The notes under the pieces are model-generated. The model saw only the letters and a list, made by a program, of their open reading frames with translations. It was not told the origin of the DNA and searched no databases. This document shows, in pieces, positions 36,442 to 50,434 of a stretch of 64,000 nt of DNA; positions within the stretch are counted from its first letter, which is position 1; each line of letters begins with the position of its first letter. The DNA comes from Geosiphon pyriformis uo1 (lineage: Eukaryota > Fungi > Glomeromycota), in contig JAAOMT010000660.1 in assembly GCA_016748015.1 (NCBI GenBank), positions 62,001-126,000 of the forward strand, read 5' to 3'. The position numbers and the translations under genes are program-made.

Positions 36442-39400
36442 GTGTATACTTTAAACTTCTGGCTCAAGTATTCTTTCCATTTCATGACTGCTCAGTATAT
36501 CACTAAGTGTTCTTGTTCCAGTGTTTCATAGTTCTTTTCGGCTGGTATTAAACCTCTGCTGGCATATGCTACTGGATGTTTTCTGCCATCTGGTTTTCTC
36601 TGAGATAGTACCGCTCCCAATGCTTGGCCAGATGTATTGGTGGTAATGATGAATGGTTTGCTGTGATCTGAATAGATCAGTACTGGAGCTTGAATGAGCT
36701 TTCTTTTCAGAATATCAAAAGCTTCTTGTTGACTTTCTGTCCATTCATATTTTGTATTCTTGGTTTGCAGTTGGTTGAGTGGCTGCACTATCTTGGAAAA
36801 GTTCTTGATAAAATGTCAATAGTAGCTGGCGAATCCCAAGAATGATTTCAGTTCTGTCATATTGGTCAGTACTGGAAAGTTCTTTACTATCTCTATTTTC
36901 TCTGGATCTGTTTTGATGCCATCTTTGCTGACTATGTGTCCCAAAAATTTTAGTTCTGTCTTACTAAAAAAGCACTTTGTTGTATTTAACTTTAGTTCTG
37001 CTTTTCTTAGTCTTTCAAATACTTGTTAAAGATAATGAAGATGATTATTAAATGTTTTTAAGAATACATTGGTGTTGTTCAAGTATACAATTACTGATTT
37101 CCACAATAAGCCAGTATAAACAATTTTTATTAGCCATTGGAAAGTGGCTGGTGCGTTGATTAAGCCAAATGGCATTACTTCAAATTCAAAATTCTCTTCT
37201 CTGGTGGTAAATGCCGTCTTTTCTTTGTTGGCTGAATTCATGGCTACTTGCTAGTAACTACTGTTTAAGTCTAATATTGAAAACCATTTGTTTCCACCAA
37301 AAGCGTCGAATAATTCTTGGATCCGTGGAGTGAGGTAGCTATCTCCATGAGTTTCTCCATTGAGTTTTCTATAATTCACACAAAAGTAAATTTTTTCATT
37401 CTTTTTCTGGATAAGTACCACTGGTGATAACCATGGACTTATTGATGACTGAATTAGCCTGTTATCAAGCATTCAGTTTATTTCTTGACAGATAATCTCA
37501 TGGCTAGCTGGTGGTACTCTGTATGCTCTTTGTTTAATTGGCATTGCATCTCCAGTCTTGATCTGATGCTGGATGATGTCAGTTCAGCCAAACTCATTTT
37601 CACTGGCAAAAATGTCATTGAAATTGTTGAGTAACATCTTAAGTTGCATACGTTAGAGTAGATCTAAGTTTCCCATGTTCATTTGTTCCAATTGTTCTGG
37701 TTGGAGCAAATAACATTCACTTCATCCATATATTGTTTGTGATGTGATATTGACATATCCACAAAGCTGTAGAAAGTCCGAAATGGTGCTTAGTGGTTGA
37801 TTCTTTATTTCAGTGCTTAAGTATCTAATAGTGATTCCGGCTGGTATTACTATGACATTTCTTGTGTTATTGTAGATAGGAATTTTGATGTGGCTGTAAT
37901 CTTTGACTGGTATATAGAGATTAATGAGTCCAATCTATCCTGATTTACAAAGAGTTGGTTCTGCTTCAAAAATCTGATTCTGTTCTTTTACCTTCCACTT
38001 TATCCCTATCATGTACTGGCCATATGGTGGAATAGAAATTGTTTGACTTGTTGAAATAATTTCCCTTTGGTCAACAATTTCTTCTTCTGCCATATTGACT
38101 GGTACATCTACTCTACCTGTTGATCCGAATTCCTGTATTCCTCTCATTGTTATTCTTAATTCCTCCCTCTTTCCCACTGATACTAATTAAGCTACTCTAA
38201 CCAGAAGCAGAAATATTGCCTGTGCTATCTTTTTGTTGGGCTCTATTATATAGGCCTTTTCTGAATTATTTTATAGCATAATGATGATATTTCCTATATA
38301 TCCTGTGTTAATTATTCCTCTTCTTATATTAATCCCTCTTTTTACTAAACTACTCCTAGATGCTAATTGAACTATTGTTGTTGCTAGAATTTTAGTGCTA
38401 TTTTCAAATCAAGGCAGATGCATGAATGTGGTTCCAATTTGATAGCATCTTTTCCTGAATACCTCATATTAAACCTGGTATTAGTATTATGTGTGCATTC
38501 TGGCATGATACCTTTATTATTATCACTGAACTATTTTAGTTCCAATTCTCTGATCAGGTCAGGGATTGCAATATATTGTTTATATTTTAAATTGGAGTTT
38601 GAATCTGAGTTTGAATCATTGTTGTTGTTATTGCTATTTTGAATGGAGCTGGAACCGGTGTTTTTGTCGTCATCATTGTCGGAGTTTGAATCAGAATTAA
38701 ATAGTGATTCTGATTTCAATGTGCAGCTGCTAATTGGTTTCTTTTCCTCTGGAATCATGTAAATCATGTGGATTGGTGGATTGTAAATGAGATCACATTC
38801 ATTACAATATTGAAAGTCACATGGGATCAAACAGTGGTTATATAATCGAGTGTTTAGTTGTGCTAACTGCTCTTCCTGTTCCTTTCTGGTCAGTGCTAAA
38901 TTTTGATAATGTTCATGAAAGTCTTCTGGGTTGGTCTTAATATCAAAGAAAACATTTGGATTGAGGACTAGGATAATGTTAACTGGTTTTGGAAGATTGT
39001 TCTTGATTTCCAAGATTTTGCTGGGCATGGTGCCTTTTATTTTTGCATTTACCATCTGCCAGATCTCATCTTTGTCGTGTGGGTATCCATCCAGGCAAGA
39101 GATTGCTCAGTGCCAAACAGCAGTTATTGGTATACCACAACTCACCCAGTTACTGATGAGAATTGTGTACTGACACAAAGTGTCACACATTCCTTCTCAA
39201 CCAGAAATGTTGTTTCATATTCCTTCGTCGAGCAACTGTTCACCACAAGCAAAACATGGTTTGTTGTTCCACTTGCCTTGTCTTTTTGGGTAATCATACC
39301 ATTTGTGGTGGCAAGGCTTGCAATAATAGTGGGTTCACATCCAGTGATTTTTGTCTGGTATGACCCAAGCTCCCATGGAAGAGAGTTTCTTCTCACAATC

Positions 39401-39669
39401 TTTGCATTTGAGTGATATGTGTAGTGGTTGTGGCAGTGGCTCATAGACAGAGTACAAACTTGTCTAGCCACTGGTGGTGTCTTTTGTTGATTCAGTTTTC
39501 TCTGGTAGGTTGTCTTCTCTTTTCTTTTCCTTTCTTTTTTCTTCCCAACTTAGTGTAGGTGGCAACTCATTTTGGTTGTCATCAATCCAAGCACCAATAG
39601 TGGTTTCTCAAGTATGTTCTTCTTTCTGCTTTCTTTTTTTATAGTCATCTTCATCCCAGGCAAGTATGA

Positions 39670-40636
39670 TGTTACCAGACGAAATTAGAGATATTATTTA
39701 GCATGAAATTATCTTTATAATTCCATATATTATCATTTTAAATTATTACTTATTACATTAGCAAAATGCCCGAAATTATCATTTAATTAATAATCCAATT
39801 TGTATATAACACAAATGTAACCTAATTGTGATGATCAATTATGCAATACCCTGAACTATGTAACATTCAAAAATTTTGCCAAAATTTGTAGAAATTTGCT
39901 GAAATAATTGATAGTTCACTGAAATATCTAATAGTTCACAGAAATAACTTATAGTTTGCCGAAATATATCATTAGTTCAGTGAAATTGTAGAAAATAGCA
40001 AAGTTCAAGTTCATAGAATAGTGTTATGACAAGTTGTATAAAAGAAGAGCTTTTCTCTTCGAGAAAATATATCTTACTTTAGATTTATTACTTAGAACCA
40101 TTTCTATACACACAAAAAAGAAATAAATATCAAATAATTCGAAAAACTAAATTCTTTAATTATTATACTTGGAAAATCCCCAAAACCCAATTAACGTTTT
40201 GAAATTGATTAGCTACTAATTTCAGTAAACTGTTAGTGATTCCAGGCCTGGATAGAAAACGTTTCTCTTGATAAAATCCTATTTCTTTTACATTTCTTTT
40301 ATTTTTCTTTTCTTGTCCTATTACAATCATTAGGATAGCCTATAGACAAGATTCTTGTAGAAGAGTTGACTTTCACAGCAAAGTAACTACACATATTTAG
40401 TAAGCTTCTAGATAAGCAATTCCTAGGAAAAAGTTGACATTTACTACAATGTAACTACATAAAGTAACTGGCACGGAATTGGTCATTCCACTTATAAGCC
40501 CAGCAGTTCAAATTATAGGAGATAATTTGAAGATAAATTCAGTTATTGAAGGTTCAACTACATCCAGAAAACGTGAATTCACAGCAAACAGGCATCAACA
40601 ACATTCAAGAAAAGAGACCAAAAACCTCCAGTAACA
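39670..40636 (+). repeat. E3 5' LTR
   Basis: Direct repeat of 44702-45682. Confidence 0.95.
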
Positions 40637-43600
40637 TTTGGTGCTCTCTCACAGAAATAACACAACAACAACAAATTCAAAGTGACAACCACACCAGATG
40701 CAACAACTCTAAAGTATTACCAGTCAATTTACACCCACTGCAAGCAAAGATTCCACATTCCAGACGGAATTGAAGTTGTTAAGAAATCAGTATACCAATA
40801 CATTGAAAACTGCATCAACAATTATCTTTTTGAAAATTACAATATCTCAAAAGTTAGAAGCAATCTTTACAATAATTTAGCACACTATTCACAGTTGGGA
40901 ACTGAAGACCTTAACAGTAAAACACTTGCCACTTACTTTCAAGAACTTAATTTTAACATTATCAAGTACTGTGAAGAAACATATCCAGTGCAGTCTCAAT
41001 ACTCTATTGATTTTGAATCGAAGATAGAAACAAGTAACAAAGGCAAACACAAATTGAAGCAATACTTAAAAACCACCCCAAATACTCCAATACTACCAAA
41101 ACAACTGCCAAACACTTACAAACACCTGAACAAGGAACCAGTTCAAAACTTTTACTCACCATCACACCTTTTCCAGCTTCACTTGCACAAGCACAAATAC
41201 CTAATTCACTCTTGAATTGATTTACAAGACCAGAAGATTTTACATCACTCAGAAGTCCCACCAGACAGCAAGAATCCCTTCAAACTAGTTCCAATCTTCT
41301 TGATTTTCTAGCTGAAAATCAAAATGAACACTCTGAGACAGCAGCAAATGAAGAAAATGACTCTGAAATAACTGAAAAAGAATCAATAGACAGTGAAAAT
41401 GAAGAAGACAAAATGACAGCATACATTGCAAAAATTTCTGAATTTAATGGAGAAGACATTGAAACCAGTCCCCAAAAATGGCTTGACCAAGTTACTAAAG
41501 CTGGAAATGCAAATAAATAGAATGCTGTCAGAATATTAAGAACAATTCCCTACTTTCTTAAAGAAACAGCAGAAGAATGGTTTGAAAACTTGGCTGCTCC
41601 ATTCAATGATTGGAATGCTTTCAAAGCAGCCTTCCTTGAACAGTTTACTGACAATAATACTTTTATTACCCTTCGAAATTGGTTTTGCAATATTAAACAA
41701 GAATCCTCCGAATCTGTTATGACTTATATTGGGAAATTCAACAAACTTCTCAGATAAATTCACCAACTCGAAACAAATGATTATTATTCTGATGTTCAAA
41801 TCTTGGATCAATTTATCACTGGTCTAAAAGATAAACTAATTAAAAAGGTTCGCCCACATGCCCCAGAAAATTTAAACTCTGCTATACAGTATGCAAAAAG
41901 ATATGAAATGGCTATAGAAGAGGCCAATTGCACAAAACTTGTAAATTTGGCAATTGGAGAAACCAGCTCAGCAGCTGAGAAAAAAATTGACCAATTCACA
42001 AGGAAGGTTGAAAACTATTTCACCAATCAACAACAACAGCAACCCCAAAGATATCAACCACTCCAAAGACAAAATCAAAATAACTTTGCACTACTTTCTA
42101 ATAATCAGCCTCAGAATTGCCATTACTGTGGAATCTCTGGCCACTGGAAAAGAGATTGCAGAAAGCTACAACAAGATCAACAAAATAGGAGTAATCAACG
42201 TTACTCTCCACCACAGCAATTTTATTATCAACCACTACTACCAGCTTACTATCCACCAAGATCTCAATACCAAAGTAACTATTATCAGTTCACTCCACAG
42301 CCAATCCAACAGCAATACCAACAACCACCCACACAACATTATTAAGTACCTGCTCGAAAACTGATTACACAAAATCAATTCACACCACAAAATTGATACC
42401 AAGTAAACAACAATAGAATCAGTTCAAACAACCAATTGGTTTCTTGAAATTCCACTCAACCAAGACCCAACCACTATCACACTCAACCCAGTTATTTAAC
42501 AATGCCAGAAGAACAGGATTTTCATTATACTGCACCCTTGGAAGGTAGAGCTGCAGCACAACAACAAAATCCTTTCTATACCCCCACCACAATTCCACCA
42601 GCCAGAATTGCTGAAAATGCCAACCTTTTAGATATATTCCCTTTTGAGTTCAAAGCAAATGAGTCATCATTCCTACTTAGCAATGCAGCCGCCAATGAAC
42701 AAAAAGCAATTACAGCTATGTACACTGAAGCAAAAGTTGAAAGAAAGGCAATTCGCTTGATCCTAGACAGTGGATCCACTGGAAGCATTATTACCTACCA
42801 GTTAATGCAACAGTTAAAGAGAAATGTTGACCAACCAGCTCAAATAGTAATCATTACTGCTGATGGCATGAAAAAGACTCCAATAGGAGAAATCAACAAT
42901 TTTCCATTCACTCTTGATGGAATCATCATTCCAGTCAAAATTCTTGTAATGAATGTGCCCTAGTATCAAGCCCTTGTCAGAAATGATTGGCTCCAAAAAG
43001 CCAATGCAAAATTAGACTGGGAAACCCAAGAATTACAACTCTCCTATCAAGGACAACATACCTAAGTACCCGCTACTTGTGGTACATTCAACAAATGCTC
43101 TGAAAAAGCCCTGGTTTTTAAATTCAAACCGAAAGAGAAAAAACCCATCATTGAAACATTTATGGCACTTGGATCAACCTCTAATTGGACTGATGAAACT
43201 GAACAACAGTACTTTTTAACAAATGATTCTCTTGAAACAAAAGTACCAGTGACAACTGGATGAAATGTTCCCTATTCAAAACCAGAACCACAAAAACAAT
43301 GCCCTTACATTTCACTCAAATGCAAAGATTGCCACAAAAAACTCTCATCAATGGGAGCCTGCATTTCACTTAAAGAAGAATATAAAAATCATACTTGTTA
43401 TTACTGCAAGGCTTGCCACAGAGAACAATGGGGCCATCTAATAAAAAAAAGTAGAAAATAGAACAACACCCCTTGTTTGACTTATGGAGATATGCTACCA
43501 GAAGAATGCAATTGGATTGATGTAGCAATAAAAGGAGGAGTCTGTGATCAGATCTGCCAATATGCTTTATCAATTTCAGAAAAAGTAAAAAGAGGAACAC

Positions 43601-44079
43601 CTTTTAATGCGGCATACAACAGTGCTCTCAACAAACTTTATTACTACTCCCATAATGCTGAAATGATTTTCGACCTAGCAATGGCATTAATTAATGGAGC
43701 TACCAAAGAAAATGTCCATCAAATGAAGGAAACAGAATACATTGAATACACCATAGAATTAACTGGATTCGATTACGAAGATGAAGTAAAAGTCTACCAC
43801 CAAATTGCAAGTCACACCTACTCAACCTAAAAAGCTCAAATTCAATGATTAGAGCAAATGAACATTAGGTTATGTGAAGAATGCATTATGTCTTGTGATG
43901 AACAGTGGTGTCCTGAATACTATGCTCTTAGCATTCCCTTGCCCAGCAAAAGTGATGAGAACGAAATTAAATTTGGAGAATTTGAAGCAACAGAAGAAAT
44001 TGAAACAACACCCATCTATCTTATCAAAAATCAGCCTGCCTTACAATTCAAATACTTCAACAATAATGGACAAGGAATA

Positions 44080-44475
44080 AAACCTGAAAAAGCACACGAA
44101 ATTAATGCTGGATATGACCTAAGATATCCAAACAAGAATACTCTTGTTTTCAAACCCAAATCTCTCACAAAAATCAACCTCAAAATTGCACTCGAAATCC
44201 TGCCAGGAGCAATGGTTCAAATCACCTCCTGGTCCTCTCTGGCAAGCAAAGGAATCAATGTCAAAGGAGGAATAATTGATGCTAGATATACTGGAGACAT
44301 TACAGTAATGCTTCAAAATGAAACTGACAAACCATTCAAGATCGAACATACTGAAAAAATTGCCCAAGCTATTTACCTACTTCTAATCAACATTTTGGGT
44401 TTGCAACTAATCAATCAAAAAGAACAATTAGGAAAAAATGATAGAGGAATCCAAGGTTTTGGTTCAACTGGACGA
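44080..44475 (+). pseudogene. dUTPase domain of E3
   Basis: All five trimeric-dUTPase motifs: AGYDL, (R>W)SS, GIIDARYTG, KIAQ, RGIQGFGSTG. Confidence 0.9.
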
Positions 44476-44701
44476 TTCACAGTTTCAGTTAATATAGCTC
44501 TTAACACACAAAATGAATCTCACCAAATTCTCAGACTTCCACAAACAATTACCATCTTACTCTTTGGAGAACATCTGGAAATCTACACCTGCCCAAAGCC
44601 AACAACCACACAACAAATTTCTTCAATAATTTTGGATTATTATTTGGAAATTACAGACAGTATTTAAACTTTGATAGAGCTCAGTCTTGAAGAGGAGGTT
44701 A

Positions 44702-45682
44702 TGTTACCAGATGAAATTAGAGATATTATTTAGCATGAAATTATTTTTATAATTCCCATTATTAATTAGCATATATTATCATTTTAAATTATCACTTATT
44801 ACATTAGCAAAATGCTCGAAATTATCATTTAATTAATAACCCAATTTGTATATAACACAAATGTAACCTAATTGTGATGATCAATTATGCAATATCCTGA
44901 ACTATGTAACATTCAAAAAGTTTGCTGAAATTTGTAGAAATTTGCCAAAATAATTGATAGTTCACTGAAATATCTAATAGTTTGCAGAAATAACTTATAG
45001 TTCGCTGAAATGTATCATTAGTTCAGCAAAATTGTAGAAAATAGCAAAGTTCAAGTTCATAGAATAGTGTTATGACAAGTTGTATAAAAGAAAAGCTTCT
45101 CTTTTTGAGAAAATATATCTTACTTTAAATTTATTACTTAGAATCATTCCTATACACACAAAAAAAAAATAAATATCAAATAATTCGAAAAACTAAATTC
45201 TTTAATTATTGTACTTGGAAAATTCCCAAAACCCAACTAACATTTTAAAATTGATTAGCTACCAATTTTAGTAAACTGTTAGTGATTCCAGGTCTGGATA
45301 GAAAACGTTTTCCTTGATAAAATCTTATTTCTTTTACATTTCTTTTATTTTTCTTTTCTTGTCCTATTACAATCATTAGGATAGCCTACAGACAAAATTT
45401 CTGTAGAAGAGTTGACTTTCACAGCAAAGTAACTACACATATTTAGTGAGCTTCCAGACAAGCAATTCCTGGGAAAGAGTTGATGTTTACTACAATGTAA
45501 CTACATAAAGTAACTGGCACGGAATTGGCCATTCCACTTATAAGCCCAGCAGTTCAAATTATAGGAGATAATTTGAAGATAAATTCAGTTACTGAAGGTT
45601 CAACCACATCCAAAAAACGTGAATTTACAGCAAACAGGTATCAACAACATTCAAGAAAAGAGACCAAAAACCTCTAGTAACA
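44702..45682 (+). repeat. E3 3' LTR
   Basis: Direct repeat of 39670-40636. Confidence 0.95.
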
Positions 45683-48629
45683 ATGGGCAGCAGTTCATTG
45701 TGATCGACATCAGCCCACAAAACCTAATATGTTTCCCATATTGGTTTTTTTGTTTCCTCTTTAAGTTCAATTAGTAGTTGCGAGTTGGTTGGTTTAAAGT
45801 GGCTGCATACTGTAAGTGCTCAAGTATGCTGACTATTTTGGCTCAGTTGGAGCTTTTGCATTGTCCAATCGAGTACGGTGTTTGTTTTGGATAACCAATC
45901 ATTTCTAACAAGAGCTTGGTACTGAGTGGCTTTCATCACAAGGACTTTGATGAGTACTGTAATGCTGTTAATTTCAATAGGTAGGTTGTTTATTTCACCT
46001 ATTGGAGTTTTGATCACTCTATTAGCTGTGATGATCCTTGTATTGACAGCTCAGTTAACTCGACAACCTAATTGATCCATAAGTTGCCTTGTTATGATGC
46101 TACCAGCTGATCCACTATCCAAGATCAGTTTGATGGCATGGCCATCAATTTTGGCATCCATATACATGGTGGTGATTGGTTTCTCTTCTAGAGCTGCTCT
46201 ACTGAATAATGGGATTTCAATTGTTTCTTCCAAGTCAAAGGAAAAGATGGCTGCAAGTAATTCATCATTGGTGACAGTTGCTAGTGGAATGTTGTTGGTA
46301 AGTGCTTGTTATTGGTTGGATCCCGAATTGTTGGTAGTGGTGTCTTCTGGGGTAACCAGAAGACTTAAATAGTTCTGGGAATTCGGGTTTTGGGTGGCAC
46401 TGGTATCCAAATTCCGAGAACGCAATTCTGATAATGAGTTGGAAGAACTGGGAATTGGTTGGTGAACAACCATTGCCGATCTCCAGTTTTGTGTAATTCT
46501 AAGTCTGGGGTGGCCTGATGTCATATTAACTGAATTTTGGGACAGTATCTGAATTGATTGGGGTTAATAGATTACTTGTGGCTGTGGTTAATATATTATG
46601 GGTGGCTGTGGTTGATATATTGCTGGTGGCTGTGGTTGATAAACTGAAGTCTGATATACTAGTGCTTAGTAAATTGGCTGCTGTGTCATCGGCAGGTAAG
46701 TGTTTTGATATTGTTCCTGATTTTGTTGATATCTCAGAGTTTGAAATTGGTAATTGGGGTTTCTATATTGATTTCTCAATCACTAATGGTTATAAGTGTT
46801 GCAGTTTGCTCTGATGTGCCCTTGTTTACCACAGTTGTGGCAGACATGCGTTTCTGGCTGCCACTGCTGATTGGCCAATGTTGAGAGACATGCTTGATTT
46901 TGGGAATGATTGTAGTTTCCTAAATTACTGCATCATTGAGGTGGTTGATAAATTGCACGATTGTCAGCTAAGTATCCTTCTAATTTCTGATTAATTGAAT
47001 CACTGAATTGTTTCAATTTGGAGTCCAATTTAGATAATCTGTTCATTACTAAATTAACGACTTGGGCATGATTGGTCTCAGACTCAGCTGATTCAAAATC
47101 TCTGGCACGTGTGACTGTATTTTGAAGAGTGTTTGGATACAATGGGCATACATATTGCAAGATGCTGCTGTGCAGGCCACGGATAAACTGGTTGAGGATC
47201 TGTGGCATTGTGAAATAGTTGGTGTCAATTGCCTGAATCTGGCACAGATTTCTATAGAAGCATCCCAGTTAAGTGGTGACTGCTTCAGTTTCTCTTTGCT
47301 TTATGGTGGTGAATGTATTGACTAGGCAATTGATACTGTTATTGTTGCTGAAGTATCTTAAAAATTCCACTTTGAAGGCATTGAAGTCTTGTGGTTTATT
47401 AATCAAGCTCTGATATCATAAATTGGTGGTATCTTTGAGAAAATAGGGAATGGCTTGCATTGCTTGGACGTTATTCTATCCATTGGCTGTGATGGCTTTT
47501 TCCACATTGTTCAGCCATACTTAAGCGTCGTCCTCTTTGCCAGTGAAATTATCCAGTTTCATGATTGGTGCATAGGCCATTGGATCTAAGTTGGGTGGTT
47601 GTGGTGGCTGTTAAAGCAGTTGTTAATTTTGTTGAGATGATAGTTGAAATGGCTGCTATATGGATTCGGCTATTGGATCAATTGGTGGTTGATCAATAAT
47701 GATTACCAGAGGTAAGTTTGGTTGATTAATTAGATTGGGGTTTTAATTATTCTGAGTTGGCGGTGTTTGAATATTTGGAATTTTAACTTCCAAATTTACT
47801 GAATTTAAATTTTGCTGGTTCTAAAGATTCGGGGTTTTAAATTCCGGGTTTTCAGTAATCGGGTTCTGGTAAGTGAATTCTTGATCTTCAGTTTCTTCTT
47901 TTTTCTCTTCTTCTGATTCTGTTACCTCTCATAGATCAGAGATTCCAAAATCTGGTAGAGGTGATAGTGATTAAATTCCTGATGGCGTTGGTGATTGCGA
48001 TTTAAATCCCTCGAAATATTTGCCATGTGGTTCTAATAACTCCACTTTTCTTTGTTTACTTTGGAATGGGAATTGTCCAAATGTTGATGTTGTGTTTGGT
48101 GTGGATATGTCTGCAGATGAAATATTGATAGTGCTTCCGGGTGTGTGATGATATGATGAATATGGTGAGGATTCAATTCTTTGTTTCTTTCAGGTTGGTA
48201 GTTGTATCTCTTTAGGCATTACTGCTGGTGTTTGTAACCTTCCTTTGTCTTTATCTGTGTAGGTGATAGGAAATTGTTGTTGAGTGTACCTTTCAATAAT
48301 TTGGTTGATTTCTTTGATTATTGGTGCGAAACTATAGTTCCTTGGTAAGTTGGTGTGTTGGAATAATTCTGTGTAAAAGTTTTCTCTTACTGCTTCAATG
48401 TTAACTGTTCCTCCTAAGCATTTAGTGATTTTGTTGTTGACATAGAAGTTGAAGGCTGATTTGGCTGGGTAATAATTACTGTTTAATTTTAATTGTTGGC
48501 TGTATTGTTGAAACAAGAATTTTACGAATCCTAAATGGTTTGCTCCTATATTTTCTGATTCTGCCACTTTTGGTTTGTTCTTGTTGGTGCTAGTTCTCTG
48601 TAGGATTATATCTCACAGGGAGCACCAAA

Positions 48630-50434
48630 TGTTACAGGTAATTCTTTGGAGTGTTGAGTAAAATAACAAACCCATTGTTATAAGATGGTTTTCTTGTTAT
48701 ATTTAATTGCCAATATCTCATTTTAATTGCAATCAGTCTCTTGTGAGTTCCTTAATTCTATTTGTGTAATAATGTCACTATTATACTGAAAGCTTTCTCT
48801 TTACTGTCATGATGTAAGTTATTTTTCAATTCCTGATTGTTGTGTGTGTTTTTGTATTCTTTCTCAAAGACTGAACTGAAATTTATTCACTGTCTGAGGT
48901 TTTCTCTGAGGCTATCCTTGCAATTGCCTGATGTGTTTCTCTAATCTAGAAACACAGAATGTTAATGGTCTTTAGTGCTTTTCCTAATTCTCACAATAAA
49001 GCTTTTATTAATTAGTAACAACGTGAATAATCTTGATCAGAGATTATTCTTCCAAAGAATTCAACTGATGAATAATAGTTTCATTCAATAATTAACACAA
49101 GTGAGTTTCTTACTACTTTGGGGTTGTGATAATTCAGTTTTAAATATTCTTTTTTATTTCTTTTTGATTTAAGGTTTCTTGGGATATTTAATTTAAAGGT
49201 ATGATTTAAAGTGGAGTTTGTTGGATAAATTGGATTTATTGCTTGATAAGTTATGATTTTTATTACTTGATTTCTTTTTCTCAATATTAAAACTACTGTA
49301 TATATACATGTTTGTAATTCTACGAGAAAACACATTATAATACTTTCTTTTTGATATTTCAATCTGGTGTTTGCTGCTATCACCAGTTGGTATTGGCTGC
49401 TATTGTGAACTAGTGCTTGCCACTATTGCGAGATGGTGTTTGCTACTATGTTAATCATTACCTTTCTAAGATTATTACTGTGCTATATTATGATTGAATA
49501 GTTTATATTATTTTTATAATTTTTTTGCTAAATTCTTAAACTGTAACACTATAATTTGGTGCACAAAGCAATTGGTAACGATAATAATCTGAAGGTATTT
49601 TATTTGAAGGTTTTCCAATTGAGTTCTTTGTATAATGAACAGAGATTCAATGGTAATAGTTTATTAGTAGTTTTCTGAAACTGTAGTTTTGTTGATTGCT
49701 TGCTCAGCTTGATGGTTGATGATTCTTCTGGTATGATATTCTCCATAAGTGTATACCAGTGCTGTTTCCTAACATCAGTTCTTCTGTAAGTCCTTCAATA
49801 GTAAGTATTGTTTAAGCAAGTTTATTTCTCCATAAGTCTTCCAAGAATAAGTATTTTTTAAGTAAGTTTTATTTCTCCATAAGTTCTTTAAGAGTAAATC
49901 CTTTAATCAAGTTAGTAGACAACAAAGAAAATAAAGAAAGATAAAAGAGAAAATAAGAAATAAGCCAAGGCAATTTGCAAGTTAGTATCCCATCAATAGC
50001 CGTGATCAAGAGCTATTGTTCCAGTATGGTTAAGTATCAGTTACTATTAACATGAAGTATTGATAGTGAAGAAAAAATTTGATATAGTGAATAATTATTT
50101 ATTTAAGGATTTTGGTAACTAAGCTGAGAATTCTTAGTGTTGATTCTGTCTTTTCTGCTTCTAATGTTACTGCTATATATACATATTTGAGATTCCTCAA
50201 TTCCTCAATTCCTTGTGACAGGAATCCTAGAATTTCTGAAATTCTGCGATTCCTGATGAGAGGAATCCTGGAATTCTGGAATCCTGCGATTCCTTGTCAG
50301 AGAATCCTGAAATTCCTGGAATTCTGCAATTCCTCTAAGAGGAATCTTGGAATTCCACATTTACTATGTCTACATTTGATTGGCTAATATTTACTGACTA
50401 ATAATACTATATTTTTTATATTCTATGAGTAACA
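48630..50434 (-). repeat. E1 5' LTR, interrupted by a solo LTR
   Basis: 48630-48675 and 49553-50434 join to give a copy of 24171-25098; adjacent to the PBS. Confidence 0.92.
48676..49548. mobile_element. Solo LTR of a third LTR family (873 bp)
   Basis: Begins TGTTAT and ends GTAACA, is flanked by a 4-bp TSD ccat/ctat, is absent from the partner LTR, and has no coding content. Confidence 0.8.

Larger units (their letters stand above)
39670..45682 (+). mobile_element. Non-autonomous Ty3/Gypsy element E3 (gag-PR-Cys-rich-dUTPase; no RT, RNase H or IN core), inserted antisense in E1 pol
   Basis: LTRs 39670-40636 and 44702-45682 (TGTTAC...GTAACA) show no visible internal similarity to E1/E2 LTRs. 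TSD atga/atgg, PBS TGGTGCTCTC at 40639, PPT gaagaggagg at ~44689. CHYCGISGHWKRDC, LDSGS and dUTPase motifs present. Confidence 0.93.
24171..50434 (-). mobile_element. Ty3/Gypsy element E1 (degenerate, integrase core deleted, carrying three nested insertions)
   Basis: Paired LTRs of 928 bp each once the nested insertion is removed, PBS at ~48612-48627, gag (48567 downward), PR LILDSGS (~46110), Cys-rich region and dUTPase (38100-39420), RT/RNase H (37470-36442, resuming at 26247), PPT at 25099-25114. Flanks atga/acag are a poorly preserved 4-bp TSD. Confidence 0.9.
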
